The notes below the pieces were generated by a model. It worked only from the letters and a program-made list of their open reading frames with translations. It had not been told where the DNA came from and ran no database searches. Source: Macrostomum lignano (lineage: Eukaryota). From it: 64,000 nt of DNA. The number at the start of each line of letters is the position of its first letter. The stretch's first letter is position 1. The DNA lies in NCBI GenBank assembly GCA_002269645.1, contig NIVC01003947.1, positions 4,300 through 68,299 on the forward strand, written 5' to 3'. Below, in pieces: positions 46,861 to 59,857 of the stretch. The translations under genes were made by a program, and so were the position numbers.

Positions 46861-49800
46861 TGGTAGTATAGTCTACTACTAAGTCTTTTTGACTGTTTAT
46901 TTTTTGGCATTAATTTTCTACGAAACCATTTCCCTCTCTCTTTGATGACAAAATTTTGTTGTCATCGCCTGTCCCATCTTTAGTCTCCCCCTGTCCTGTC
47001 CTTGTTCCCGTGGCTATTCCCCTTGTTGCCTCATCCTGTGTTTTTCTGTTTTTCACCTGTTTTTCTGCAAGAATCCTTGGGTTGACCCCTCCTATGGGAA
47101 CCTTTTCCCCTGGTTGACCCACTGGTTGCCCCGCTCGCTGCCCCACTGGTGGCACCAGTGGCCAGCACTGCTTGTTGTTATTATTTATATGGCCATCCTG
47201 GCCACCTTTATGGCATACTTCTTCTTCTTCCTCCTTTTCCCTTTTCCTTGTTTCTTTTTTGCTCTTTGTTCATGTTTTGTGCTCTCTATCTAGCATTTTT
47301 GCTTAAACCTTAATAGCAACTGCCGTTAATTAAATTTACTAATTGTTCCGCACCTCGGCACAGCCAGATTACCCTCTTTTGTAGCTAAAATATCTGTTGG
47401 AAAAATAACAAATAATTTGGTGACCTGCTCTCTACTTAATTTCACTAATCTATTGAAGTCCTTAATAGTTTATCTTGAGTTATTTGCCATGGGGCATTAA
47501 ACTACCAAATCAATTTCATCTCCAAACAAGCTCTGAGATCTCAATGTTCTATAATATGTAAATTATGGTGGTAGCAGCACTACACTACTAAAAATAAACA
47601 GTTCAGAAAACTCAGAAAATGAAATTGTGGTGTCTAGATCATTGAATCTACTATCTAAATGACCGTGCTTGCTCAAGACCACTCAACTACAATTATGACT
47701 ATCCTTCTCTGGAATTGAGGACCTGGCAGATGGAGTATCTAGAGGAGAAAGCAATTTGAGTTTTGTAGTAACAATTTCTGGCTTTATGAGTGCCGAGATA
47801 ACACAGGTAGCAATTCAAACATTAGAAACTGCCACAACCATGCCCCCCACTTTTCTTCTCCACCCCACCTTAATACCTAAAGATAAATTTTATAACCATT
47901 TTTAGTGCTAGGCTTAGTATAATTTTTATTGATTTTGCTTTTTTAATTTAATAATTTTATATTTACTAAATTAATAAGCAAAATTTTCAAATGTTGATAT
48001 GGGCCTAATTATAAATATTTTGTCAATTAGAAAATAAAATACCTTTATATATAATTATTATACAACAAATTTAGAGTTGTGTAGGCCTTATATAAGTTTA
48101 ACAAAAAATATATTTATGCAAGTTTTTGTCAATGTGAATAGTATGCATACAGGATTCTGTATAAAAACTTTATCTTGATATACAATATAGTAGGCCTAGG
48201 CCTAATCTTTTATTATATAATATATATACTAGATAAATTGGAAATTTGTACTTGATATAAAATATCAAAAGGCAATAAGCAGGCACAGCCATAGGGTATA
48301 TACTATATATTATATATCTTATAGTCATATAGGCTTTTCATATTACTAATTCTAGACCTAGAATTATATTGATTCAAAGCTTTTATTAATGTCTGTTCTA
48401 TTTTTAGAATCAATTCCAGAACTATAATCTAATTTTGAAATTTAGCTCAAGAAATTTTCTTAATCTTGTTATATTTCCATGGAAACAATAGGAGTAAATA
48501 GTCTAGGCCTAGGCGGCATAGGCGCCACCTAATTTGAAATAACATTATAAATATTTCAAAAAGAATACTGGTTTTTCAATTTTTGATAAAAAGTTATTGA
48601 ATTTTGAGAAGTAATGTAATTAGACAGAAATAAAATAAAAGATTCAAAGCTTTTCATTTTTGTAACAATTCTGAATCCTGATTCTAGAATAAGAAATTAG
48701 AATTATTCTGGTTCTGGAACCAATCTTTGTGAAAAAAGTGTAATATAGGCCCTATGGCTATACTACAATAAAAAACTTTTAAAGTTTTTTTGCCGAATTT
48801 ATTTTAAATAAAATCGGCAAACCCTGGCCTGAACGCTACATCTGTCTGGCAAAGCCTCTACATCTCGTATCTGACTTTTGTCAAGTTGGAATTGGAACTT
48901 GACAAAAGCAATCTCGCCTGCTCAATCTTCTCTCTTCTTATGCTCACCCATATCCCTAATATTCCTATATGTGACTTTATGTCTTTATCAGTTGCTTAGC
49001 ACACTTTGCTTTACTGAAACTGAATATTTATCATGTCATCCAATGCTTTGAAAAATTACGCGGTATACAAAGCTTTTTTGCCGTCTTTCTTTGGTCGCGT
49101 TCACGCACTAATTAGTAATTACAAGTTGCACCTGACTTCATTTGCCTTAGTCAAAGTATGCAGCTTGTAAAGACCTGCTCTTCTATTTTAGTTAGCATAT
49201 ACTGATAAGCTAGGAGGACAAAGTAACTAAGTAAGTACAGTACAGTCAGGTTCAATGGCCAAAGTTCATTTAAGAAGAGAGCCGCGAGGCATGCGGATTT
49301 CTTTCCTTGAAAAAAATAGAAATTTAAATCTTTAACCTGGCAGAATAACAATTGTCTTTAAATATAATAAAGTAACTTTCTAAAATGTTTATTGAACAGT
49401 TGTAAATGAGTAAAAAGTAGAATTTATAAATACATTTTAATAAGAAATGCCTAATATAAAAATAAATTTAAAATAAAAATTGGTAAACGGCGATAATTCA
49501 ATTATTGTATTCGTTGTGCTTCGCGCGCGCGGCTAAAACTGTCTAACATAGAAAGACAACCGTGATCCAAAAGTAGTGCTTTCGATATGATAACTTCTCA
49601 TTACTTTCAAGTCTAATTCATCATCTATTTTATTATACATTTACTTTTTTTATCTTACCTATATGGCTGTCTCTACAAAACTTTTACTCTTAGTAGTTGC
49701 TCTAGTTCATGTAAGGTAATGTTTATTGCATAAAAATAGTTCAGTCAGTAGGCCTAGTTATTAGGCCTATGTAAAGTTCTCAGCATATATTTTGAATTTA

Positions 49801-49990
49801 TAGCATTTTAGATAAGGATAACCACAGTTTTTATGCACTAAAGCTCTAAATATTTTAGTTAATAATCCCTATATACATTACAAAATAAGTTTTAAAAGGC
49901 CTATCTTGCTATTTCTAGTAGGCCTATGCTATATTATTATTGAATTAAAAAACATAGAAAAATTCTAATACAAAAGGGGGTTAGACAATT

Positions 49991-50863
49991 CAGTGTTGCC
50001 ACCACTGCAATTTTTAATTGCTCAGTGATTATTTTGTCCATTTTGCTCGTTTCCTGCAATTTTTTGTGGATACCAATCCTTTCAACTTTTTATCAAGTAC
50101 TGTGTTTCATTTTGTGCTCAATTTAAGTGTCATGAATGTCATCAATATAGCATGAGGCGAGGCTGTGCAAGCCTCCAGTTTTGAAGCTTGACAAAAGTAG
50201 ATTGAGCATGCTGCAGTCAAGCGAGCTCTGAAGAAAGCTGCTGACAAAACAGCTTGGCAAAAGAGACAGGCTGAGTTCGGCGCTTGATCTGTCCTACCAA
50301 AGGTTCCAAAGAAAAAATGAACATCCATTGAAGAGCCTGTAGTTTTGCCTGACTAACGGTTGACTAGCAAAATAAGATTCATGTAAAAGTATTTCTTCCC
50401 ATATAGTTTCCAACATTGATTAACAATTAAAATATTAAAAGAATTCATTTTAGCTATATAGAATTAAGAACAGATTCAGACAACTGGAATATAGCACAAA
50501 ATTTAGTTGTAAAATTGTTATTACTCATCAATGGTCATATTATCTTATGTTTTAGTTGGTTGCTTAGGTCGGTTCATAATGAACATCAGTAATCTATATT
50601 ATATGTATGCCTGTCTTCCCTTAAGAAAATGCTTGTGTTGTATAACTACTTCACTGATTTGGCGTAAATGAGAGTTGCATGTAGTTGTTGCAAATTGTAG
50701 TAGTTCTTTTTTGTCAAATAAATGGAACTAAAAATGGAAAGCTAAAAAAGAAAGTTGTTTTCGCATACTAGCACCTTTTTCTCGATGACAAAAAAGAAAT
50801 TTGTTCCTGTGATGTTTTTCTTATCTTGCAATAATTTCTTTGGTTGTTGTAGTGGCAACACTG
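49991..50863. mobile_element. hAT-like non-autonomous element
   Basis: Perfect 12-bp TIR CAGTGTTGCCAC / GTGGCAACACTG; flanks TTAGACAA(TT) and TTAGACAT give only an imperfect TSD. Confidence 0.55.
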
Positions 50864-51693
50864 TTAGACATGTTCTGCACTAGACATGCTCCATGCTGGC
50901 GCATTCTGGCATAATAGCCATAGTCTGGATCATGTTGGGTGCACACCCAAAAAACAAATAATTAAAAATGCATGCCAAAAATTGAGTGCATGCCCATTCT
51001 CAAAACTATACTAGTGTTGCAACGATAAAAGATTTGTTTTATGTTGTGACAATAAATGACCTTTTTGAATTAAGGACCCTTTTTGATAAATAATTACGTT
51101 TATTTTTATGCTTTGTTTGACAATACTATTTATAGTAGAAAATTGATACATGCAAAGATTTGTTTAAATGCTTTGTTATAAGCTTAAAAAACATAGAAAG
51201 CTTAAAATTTATATTAAGAATTAACATTTTTTTTCTACTTTATAATAACTTCTCCACATGATTTTATGAAATATATGCCAGATATGCATGCACACTATTT
51301 TATTAGGAGTGATGCACGTCAACTGTGTATGCCTACTTTTGGCATCTAAAGCCAATGCATGCCCAAATTTTTAGGCATATACTACATAATCTAAATTGTG
51401 ATAAAACAGTAGGCAAGGAAAAAAATCTAGCTTAGTATAGTGCAAGACAAAAAATTAGTAAAAAAACTATTTTTACAGATAGAAAATTTGCATATAATTT
51501 CTTTTTATTAATACTATTTTATTTGCAAATATGGCTTTCTTAAAAAAATATGTTAACATTGCATTTTCTATGAAATTGATTCAAATACAAGTTTTACAGG
51601 TATTTTTCAAATGGATAACACAGATTCTTGTTTTTTTTTATTTCTTTTAAAAAAGTTCTAGCATAGCACACAGTGCAAATATACGTATTTATT

Positions 51694-54600
51694 CACGGTG
51701 CTACCATAGTCGGAAAATTGCTAAAACAATTCATCGGAAAAGTTATTTGTCACAATTGATACTCAAATTAGTAAGGATTCCTTTGAAGAAAAAATAAAAA
51801 TCGTAGTTGTTCGTTTTAGCTCAAAAAGTGCTATTTTCAGTTTTTACCATAGATGAATTAATAAAAAAGCAAAGTATCACCGTACTGTTTAGAAATCAAT
51901 TTGATTGAGTCCAGGATCAAAGGCAAGCATTAAAAAACATGTTACTGATATTCATCAATGATTGGTTGATGCCTAAAAGCTACACATTTGACTTGGATGG
52001 GCCTACCACAAGAGAGTCTTAAGGCCCATTCACACCGCCGTCAAACGAGACCAAATTTCAAGTGATCACACGACATTTGCATAGTTTTTCATCCCTTTGT
52101 ACGTAAGTCATGTGAGTATGGTTGCTTGTTTGATGGCGTTGTGAATGAGCCTTTATACTCGTACTCACCCTGTTTGGATGAGTCACTAGTTCAGATCCAC
52201 CCAGCCCACCCAGACCCAAAGCTTTACCCTCAGCCAATCCCTCCACCATTCTACATACGTAGGTAAGCACTCGTACGCTGTGGCTTGCTCTCTCTCTTCC
52301 TGAGCTGTACATACAAAGTATGATATTGTACATTGGTGTGTGCTCTTTGCACCAAGCACTCGCCAAACCACCCTCAGTCTTGTAATGCCATCGTGCTCAT
52401 TTATGTTTTTCATCAATATAAACGTCAAACCTCAAACGTAAGGAGGTCCCATTTGAAGAGGTTTTGTTGTCCAACTCTGTCTAAAAGTGTTTCATCCAAA
52501 CATTTAGTTGCAACGATTGTGCTTGTGTGTACACAGTTTTTGTCATGCCACTGTCACACGAAGATTGCCTCAATCGGATCTGCATTTTGTGCTTTTCGAA
52601 GGCAAAAGAGTTGCAATCCGTTACGCCCTGGATGCTGGCCATCATCAATCAGCACAGTGGCTGGCTCTACGATCTGCACGATAATCGCGTTCCTAAGGCA
52701 ATTTGTGGCACGTGCAGATTCGCTCTGCAGCAGCTGGAGAAGGGCCAATGGGCTGATGTGCCACCGATGTATGACTTCAGGGATGTGCAGCCACTGCCGG
52801 TGACCCGATCAGTGGGCCAAGATCGATGCGACTGTAAGATCTGCAGCACTGCCAGATGCAGAGTCCATCCTCCAGAAGCCAATGTCCCAAAGCGGTCTGT
52901 TGGGCGGCCAAGTTTGACGGTGGACGAGGCTACAACGCCCAAGCCCAAAATGGTCAAGGTCTGCTCCTTCTGCATCAGTCCTATTGGCAGGGGCAAGCCG
53001 CACACATGCAACAGACCCACAAGACTGCAGAATGCGCATGCCCTGTTGCAGGAAGCGTCCCCGGAATTCCCAGAGCGGCTCGCCACAACAATTGTGCGGC
53101 AGAAACTTATTACTTCAGGCTCCGGAGACACAGCCTCGGGCATCACCGTGCTGGCATCCAACGCTGGACCCTCAATGAGGCTGGCCGTGAATCTGCCGCC
53201 TCCGAAGCCAACAGCAGTCTTCACGGCGGATAATATGCGTCATTGCAAGGTGAGCTGGGCCTCAGTTCGCGCAAAATGGAGGTTGTACTTAGAAATCTTT
53301 GGTCTTCGATTGGCGCCTCAGCTGTCCAGAGCAACATCCGGCAGACATTGAGGGAGATGGATCACGAACTGGATGACCTCTTCCAAGCAAAGCAGCTGGC
53401 GTTTATCGAGAAGAGAGGGGAAGGCAGACTCCAGCTGAGCAGTGGGCCGTTGTCTGCACTGATGTGGTCAAGCTCCTGGGCTGCATGATTGCAAACCGCC
53501 GGCTGATGGATGTTGCTTCCACAGTCGTCAGAATTGGAATCAATGGTGGAGGTGGGTTCTTGAAGCTCTCGATATCCGTTTTTGACCTGTGCGTGTGTGC
53601 TGGTGAGGAGCAGCAGAAGGGGGCTGATCGCCGATTCCTCGACACTGGCGTGCATCGGGCCGTCATCCTTGGCATCGCTCCCAACACACAGGAGAACCAC
53701 AGGAACCTGGAGTGTTTCTGGGAGAGCTGCCGCCTGCAGCTTCTGTCGGCGAACATCAGCATCGCGTGCGACCTGAAGCTTGCCAACATCCTGCTCGGCT
53801 TGATGGCCCACAGCAGCTCGCATCCCTGCACCTGGTGCAACGTCAATAAAGGGAGCCTTGACAGCTGCGGCGAGCCAAGGACCTTTGGCAGCCTCAGTGA
53901 GAAATACCAGGCCTACCTGGCTGCTGGTGGTGAACGCCAACTAGCTAAGCACTTCGATAACGTCGTCCAGCCCAGCATCTTTTCCGCTGGAGTTGAAGTC
54001 CCGGTGTTGCACATTGTCCCTCCGCCGGAGCTGCACCTGCTGACCGGTGCGGTCCATGTACTGTACGAGGGTCTGCATGGTGTGTGGCCCGAGAGCGAAG
54101 CTTGGCTTACAGCTTGCAATGTCCAACATGACAAGCATCACGGTGGCAGCTTCACTGGCAATGCGAGCCGCAAGTTGCTGCGCAACGTGGACCTGCTAGA
54201 AGCAATGTGCCCGATGGCAGCGCTGCCATTTGTTGCCGCCCTTCGAGCGTTGAACTCGGTCGTGGTGTCATGCTTCGGGAGTGAGCTGCGTCCCAATTTC
54301 GAGCAGGCGATTCAGGAATTTCGCACCAGTTATGCCGATCTCGGCATTTCCATCAGTCCAAAAATCCACGCGATTTTACACCACGTTGGTGACTTCTGCC
54401 GCGCCAAAGACAAAACAGGCCTGGGGCCATGGAGCGAACAATGCACAGAGTCGATGCACAGAGACTTCCTCCTGCATTGGGAGAGATACAAGGTGGCGAG
54501 CACGCATCCTCTCTTCGCTGAAAGGCTCCTGGCAGCTGTGCGGTGTTACAACAGTCACCATTTGTGAGCGTTTTGTGGAAAGTGCGAATCCAGAACTGCA

Positions 54601-55302
54601 ACAGTTGAACTGCAACGAAAGTATTGGACAGTTATGAAGTCAGAAAATTTAGTAGCACAATTTTTCGACCCACTCAGTTATTGTAGTCAAAACCTCCAGG
54701 AAAATCAACCCGCTAAATGTCCCCTTTGAAGTCTATATATTAAATTGCAATTGTAACGATTCTAATTTGAATTGTAAGGTAATACAAAACCTTGTACGAT
54801 AGGGGTGCTTTCACAAACCCGAAATTTCATAGCATCAAAAACATATTCACATGGTTTGGGGTTATATATTAAGGTGAAAGAATATAAAAAATAATTTTTA
54901 TGTTGTAAAATTTGGGGTTTGTGAAATGCCGCAGCACCATGCTGCTTTGAGTTGTTTTACTTCATGTAAGACAGTGTGCTAAGCTTCGAGTAGATTTAAA
55001 ATATGCATACAATATAATATTCATGGACTTGCTGAAAAAAATTGTGAATTTGTTTCGATTTAAATTGTAATAACTCTTCTTTAATACGCATATTGACAAC
55101 AATTTGAAAGAATTCAATTACATTGCAGTAAATTTCCAATATAATCTATGGTAAAAACAGAAAATTGTTTTTTAAGCTAAAACGAACAAGTACAATTTTA
55201 ATTTTTTCTTCCATGGAATCCTTAATAACTCGATTGTCAATTGTGACAAATAACTTTTCCGGTGAATTTTTAAAGCAATTTTCCACCTATGGTAGCACCG
55301 TG
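51694..55302 (+). mobile_element. Chapaev-like DNA transposon, 3.6 kb
   Basis: ~160-bp imperfect TIRs (51694-51853, 55145-55302) starting CACGGTGCTACCATAG; encloses a transposase. No TSD seen. Confidence 0.85.
52545..54567 (+). pseudogene. Chapaev-type transposase with N-terminal Chapa-like zinc finger, 2 frameshifts (~53242, ~53440)
   Basis: H-x7-C-x2-C-x33-P-x3-C-x2-C; CDLKLANILLG..HPCTWC, PPELH, SPKIHAILHH, WSEQCTESMH; GINGGGG where the first catalytic Asp is expected. Confidence 0.85.
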
Positions 55303-55723
55303 AATAGGAATAGCTCTAGCTCACAGCACAAGCAAAATTTTTTGATAGGATTTTTTCTAGTACAAGGTGCAATCAGATTTTTTGATAGCATTTGATGGCA
55401 CAATCAAACTTTTTTTATAATTTTTTTCCAGTGCAGGTATGCTATTATCTTGACTATGGCATTGGAATTAGTCTTGCTTACCTAATATAAGAAATAGATT
55501 GTTTAAATATGTATAAAACATAATTTACTTTTAGAAACTAGGTTTTAGACCCAACTAATTTTAAAATAAAATCATTTATATTGAAAAACTGGAAAATCTT
55601 TTTTTCAATCAATATTTTAAATATATTTTTTTCTTTTTTTACAATTATTAAAGGATATAAAAAAGGTAAGTAATACTAGCAATAATATTTTTAATGCAAC
55701 TTGCAATGAATGTGTAGATCAAT

Positions 55724-55724
<1 letters not shown>

Positions 55725-55768
<44 letters not shown>
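55725..55768. repeat. (AAT)n microsatellite
   Basis: Direct observation. Confidence 0.95.
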
Positions 55769-55769
<1 letters not shown>

Positions 55770-56747
55770 TAGATATATATCAAATGTCCAGCAAAAATGG
55801 GCCATAGGGTCACTTTCTAAGGTATATAGGCTACATCTAGGAATCACCAAGTATGTGCTAGGGCCAAGAGGCATTTTAAGAATGAAGGACATTTTTGGCA
55901 TTTTGCATTACTCTAACAATGGTAGCATACTAACAAAACAATCTTGCTATAAGGAGCATACCAAATAACATTGCCAACCTTTGATATTTAGGCCATTCTG
56001 TGCATTCTATTAGTATCTCCAACAGTCTAGGCATTCTATTAGTATAATAGTCATAATCTGTTAGACTTTATAATAGCCTATACTCTATAATGGCTTATAA
56101 TAGTTAGTTATTATGTCAGTTTGACTATATACATTTGAATATTGTTATATAATCAATATTATATATTATTTACTCTTACTCTTACTTTTTTTACAATCCT
56201 TATTTATCAAGCCTATAATTGCTGTAGCTTCTGCTGCATAGCATCCAATTGACAATAGTAAACTTTGGTTATGATAGTAATGCGATTTTATAAGTACTTC
56301 ATATGCATTCTTTTATAAAATATCTATTATATATGTAAGCATTACCTTGAAATATAGGTCATACTGGTGAATAGTCATTTAAAATCCAGTCTCATGTTTA
56401 AGATGAGATTTTCTAAGATAAGATGATTCAGTTACATATTTTGTTACATCATTATGCTAAGAATCATAAAATAGATTCATAAAACCAGTGAGCCAAGTTG
56501 TGCACCATTCCTTATGATTTTAGGCACTGAATATACATTTTTATGTATGAATATAAAGTTGACAATAAAATACCAATCTTCTAAACAAAAATATTTACAA
56601 ATATCAACCAATAGAACTAAAAGAAAGACAGTGCACATCAAAAGTTTAACAACTGGATCTGCTTCCTATCAAAAGCAATAACAGTTTAGCTCTGAAAAAT
56701 GAATACCTCCTATCTCCATATTGCATTTTTGGTACTTAGAATCTCAT

Positions 56748-57170
56748 CTTAGAATCGCCCCATAGAATCCTCCATAGAATCGCCTTTTAGAATCGCCCCA
56801 TAGAATCGCCTCTTAGAATCGCCCCATAGAATCGCCCCTTAGAATCTCTCCGTAGAATCGCCCTTTAGAATCGCCCCATAGAATCGCCTCATAGAATCAC
56901 CTCTTAGAATGGCCCCTTAAAATCGCCCCATAGAATCGCCCCTTAGAATCTCTCCGTAGAATCGCCCTTTAGAATCGCCCCATAGAATCGCCCCATAGAA
57001 TCCTCCATAGAATCGCCCCTTAGAATCTCCATATAATCACCCTTTAGAATCGCCCCATAGAATCGCCTCTTAGAATCGCCCCATAGAATCGCCGATTAGA
57101 ATCGCCCCGTAGAATCGCCCCATAGAATCGCCCTGTAGAATCGCCTTTTAAAATCGCCCCATAGAATCGC
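56748..57170. repeat. ~13-bp minisatellite (AGAATCGCCCCAT)n
   Basis: Imperfect tandem array; same family at ~60510-60680. Confidence 0.93.
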
Positions 57171-57273
57171 CTATCTCCATAATGTATTTTTTTCGGTAAA
57201 ACATGCCTCCTAAAAGTTTCCAAGAAAAATTCAGCTCCAAGAAATTTCTCATCCAATCATATATATATCTGAG

Positions 57274-57768
57274 ATGATGGCACTGATTGCAGCCAGAATG
57301 AGAGTACTATTCGCTATTGACAGCAGCGAGCACGCCAAACGTGCATTGACTTGGTTTGCCAAACTATACGCCAATCGTTTATCGCCTGGCGACACGGCTC
57401 TGCTGTTTCTGTTTGTGGCCGAGCCGCCGTCCTTCGGTCCGAGCCTGTCCACGCCGGAGCTGTACGCCGGCGCAATCAACGATGCCGTCGCTGAAGGCCG
57501 CTCCCTGGCCGTGGAGATCAAGACCACCTGCGCTCGGCTGGGGCTCGCCAGTTTGGCCAATCGGCTGGAATTTCTCGAACGGCTGGGCCACGGAGCTGGC
57601 CCGTCTATAGTTCAGGTGGCTCACGAGGAAGCCGTCGAGCTTATTGTTATGGGTAGCCGCGGCTCCGGCCTACTTCGGCGCACCTTTCTAGGCAGCGTTA
57701 GCGACTACGTGCTGCATCATTCTCATGTGCCTGTGATTGTTGTGCCGCCCCCTGCGGTGCAGCACTAG
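57274..57768 (+). CDS. Universal stress protein (USP domain), intronless
   Basis: RVLFAIDSSEHAKRAL, IVMGSRGSGLLRRTFLGSVSDYVLHHSHVPVIVVP; start may be 57298. Confidence 0.93.
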   Translation: MMALIAARMRVLFAIDSSEHAKRALTWFAKLYANRLSPGDTALLFLFVAEPPSFGPSLSTPELYAGAINDAVAEGRSLAVEIKTTCARLGLASLANRLEFLERLGHGAGPSIVQVAHEEAVELIVMGSRGSGLLRRTFLGSVSDYVLHHSHVPVIVVPPPAVQH

Positions 57769-58059
57769 TGATGTATATAATCATATTGTGTTTAGTTCTA
57801 TATCGGCAAATATTTCCTTCTTTCTACTATTAGTAGCTTGATAGCTTGAATTTAGGGAATATATAGGATTTAACCGTGCTACTACCGATTGAGGAAAATT
57901 TCTCTCAGCAAGATCAGCAAAACAAATATTTATCAGATATTTAAAGATCCTAAATTATGCGCAAATGATCCTTAATCTAACCCATAGAAACAGCCCTTAA
58001 ACACCCAATGGAATGGGCCCTTTTTTAAACACCTCAAAAAATGGGAACTTACAACACCT

Positions 58060-58652
58060 CAAAGAATCGGCCCTTAAACACCCCATAGAATCGGCCCTTA
58101 AACACCCCAAAGAATCGGCCCTTAAACACCCCAAAGAATCGGCCCTTAAACACCCCATAGAATCGGCCCTTAAACACCCCAAAGAATCGGCCCTTAAACA
58201 CCCCAAAGAATCGGCCCTTAAACACCCCACAGAATCGGCCCTTAAACACCCCATAGAATCGGCCCTTAAACACCCCACAGAATCGGCCCTTAAACACCCC
58301 AAAGAATCGGCCCTTAAACACCCTATAAAATTGGCCCTTAAACACCCCAAAAAATTGGCCCTTAAACACCCCATAGAATCGGCCCTTAAACACCCCAAAA
58401 ATTGGCCCTTAAACACCCCATAGAATCGGCCCTTAAACACCCATAGAATCGGCCCTTAAACACCCCATAGAATCGGCCCTTAAACACCCCAAAGAATCGG
58501 CTCTTAAACACCCCACAGAATCGGCCCTTAAACACCCCAAAGAATCGGCCCTTAAACACCCTATAAAATTGGCCCTTAAACACCCCAAAGAATCGGCCCT
58601 TAAACACCCCATAGAATCGGCCCTAAACACCCCACAGAATCGGTCCTTAAAC
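58060..58652 (+). repeat. 24-bp minisatellite (AGAATCGGCCCTTAAACACCCCAT)n
   Basis: Tandem array; explains the ESALKHP / LRADS ORFs. Confidence 0.96.
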
Positions 58653-59449
58653 ATCATATTCTATAATGCATGCACTTTTGCTTACCGAACACAAACGGTT
58701 TGGCATAATATGTTATTGTGGTTGTTCATGGCTGCCATTTTGTCGTTTGAACTTTGTGTTAGTTATGTGTCTAGTTTTATTTATTTATCTATTAGTTGAT
58801 GTTTATCCTTGTCACATGTAAATATACAGGTGCAGAAAGTTTCTCATTAATTATTATTATTATGAAGTGATGTGCTTGATCATCATTTTTTCAAAAAATA
58901 TTTACATAGAGCAATAGTTTTCGCAAGAGAACACAAAAAGGTATAATTCTGAATTAATTTTGCTTAGAGGGGCGATGTAGCGTTCCTTCAAAGTCAGTAA
59001 TTTTTATTCGTTTCGTTAGTTGTGTCTTGTGTCTACTAGTCTATTCCTGTCTGCCTGTCTGTCCTGTCATATCTTGTTTTTTATTTTTCTGTATTTTCCA
59101 CCTGGAGGCCATAAGCAGTTTTAGTTGCATTCTTTCAAGGCTAAGAGTAAACTTCGTCAGATGCTCAACTTTTATGCGCACTGTTTTTCTTGTTTCGACC
59201 CGGTCAGCTCTTGTCATTGCAGTGTCTCTTGTTTATCTTGGCAGGCTTTTTTGGTGGCTGTGCCATTGTCAGGCTAGGGTATATGTACTCCAGTTTTCAG
59301 GAACGAAAGCTAGCTAGGCCAATGTTTTTCATTGTCTCTGGCAGGGCTAATTTCTTAGCTTTCATATTTTCGCATCGTCTTCAGTTTTATGTGAGTTTTT
59401 GGCAGCTAACTTTTTTGTTCTAAGGTAACTATGTTTTGAAGTACCTGTC

Positions 59450-59750
59450 TAAAGACACTGTCTTCAGATACTGGCTTGTCTAAAGACACTGTCCTCGGTA
59501 CTGATCTGTCTAAAGACACTGTGTTCGGGTACTGATCTGTCTGAAGACACTGTCCTCAGGTACTGATCTGTCTAAAGACACTGTCCTCGGGTACTGATCT
59601 GTCTTAAGACACTGTCCTCGGGTACTGATCTGTCTAAAGACACTGTCCTCGGGTACTGATCTGTCTAAAGACACTGTCCTCGGGTACTGATCTGTCTTAA
59701 GACACTGTCCTCGGGTACTGATCTGTCTAAAGACAGTGCCCTCAGGTAAC
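59450..59750. repeat. 31-bp tandem repeat (TACTGATCTGTCTAAAGACACTGTCCTCGGG)
   Basis: Period 31 (e.g. 59581, 59612); about 9 copies upstream of the second USP gene. Confidence 0.93.
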
Positions 59751-59857
59751 TGGCCTGTCCTCAGTGTCTAGAGACATTCTCATCGGGTACCTTTCTTAAC
59801 TAGACAAACCTTTTGGTTGGTTTGGTACAGCCATCACCATCCCTAATTGCAGCCACA

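Noticed and set aside
52058-54637. Numerous alternative-frame and antisense ORFs over the transposase
   Set aside because: Shadow ORFs of GC-rich coding sequence; the transposase motifs account for the region.
51690-55306. TATT / AATA as the TSD of the Chapaev element
   Set aside because: They are inverted, not direct, repeats.
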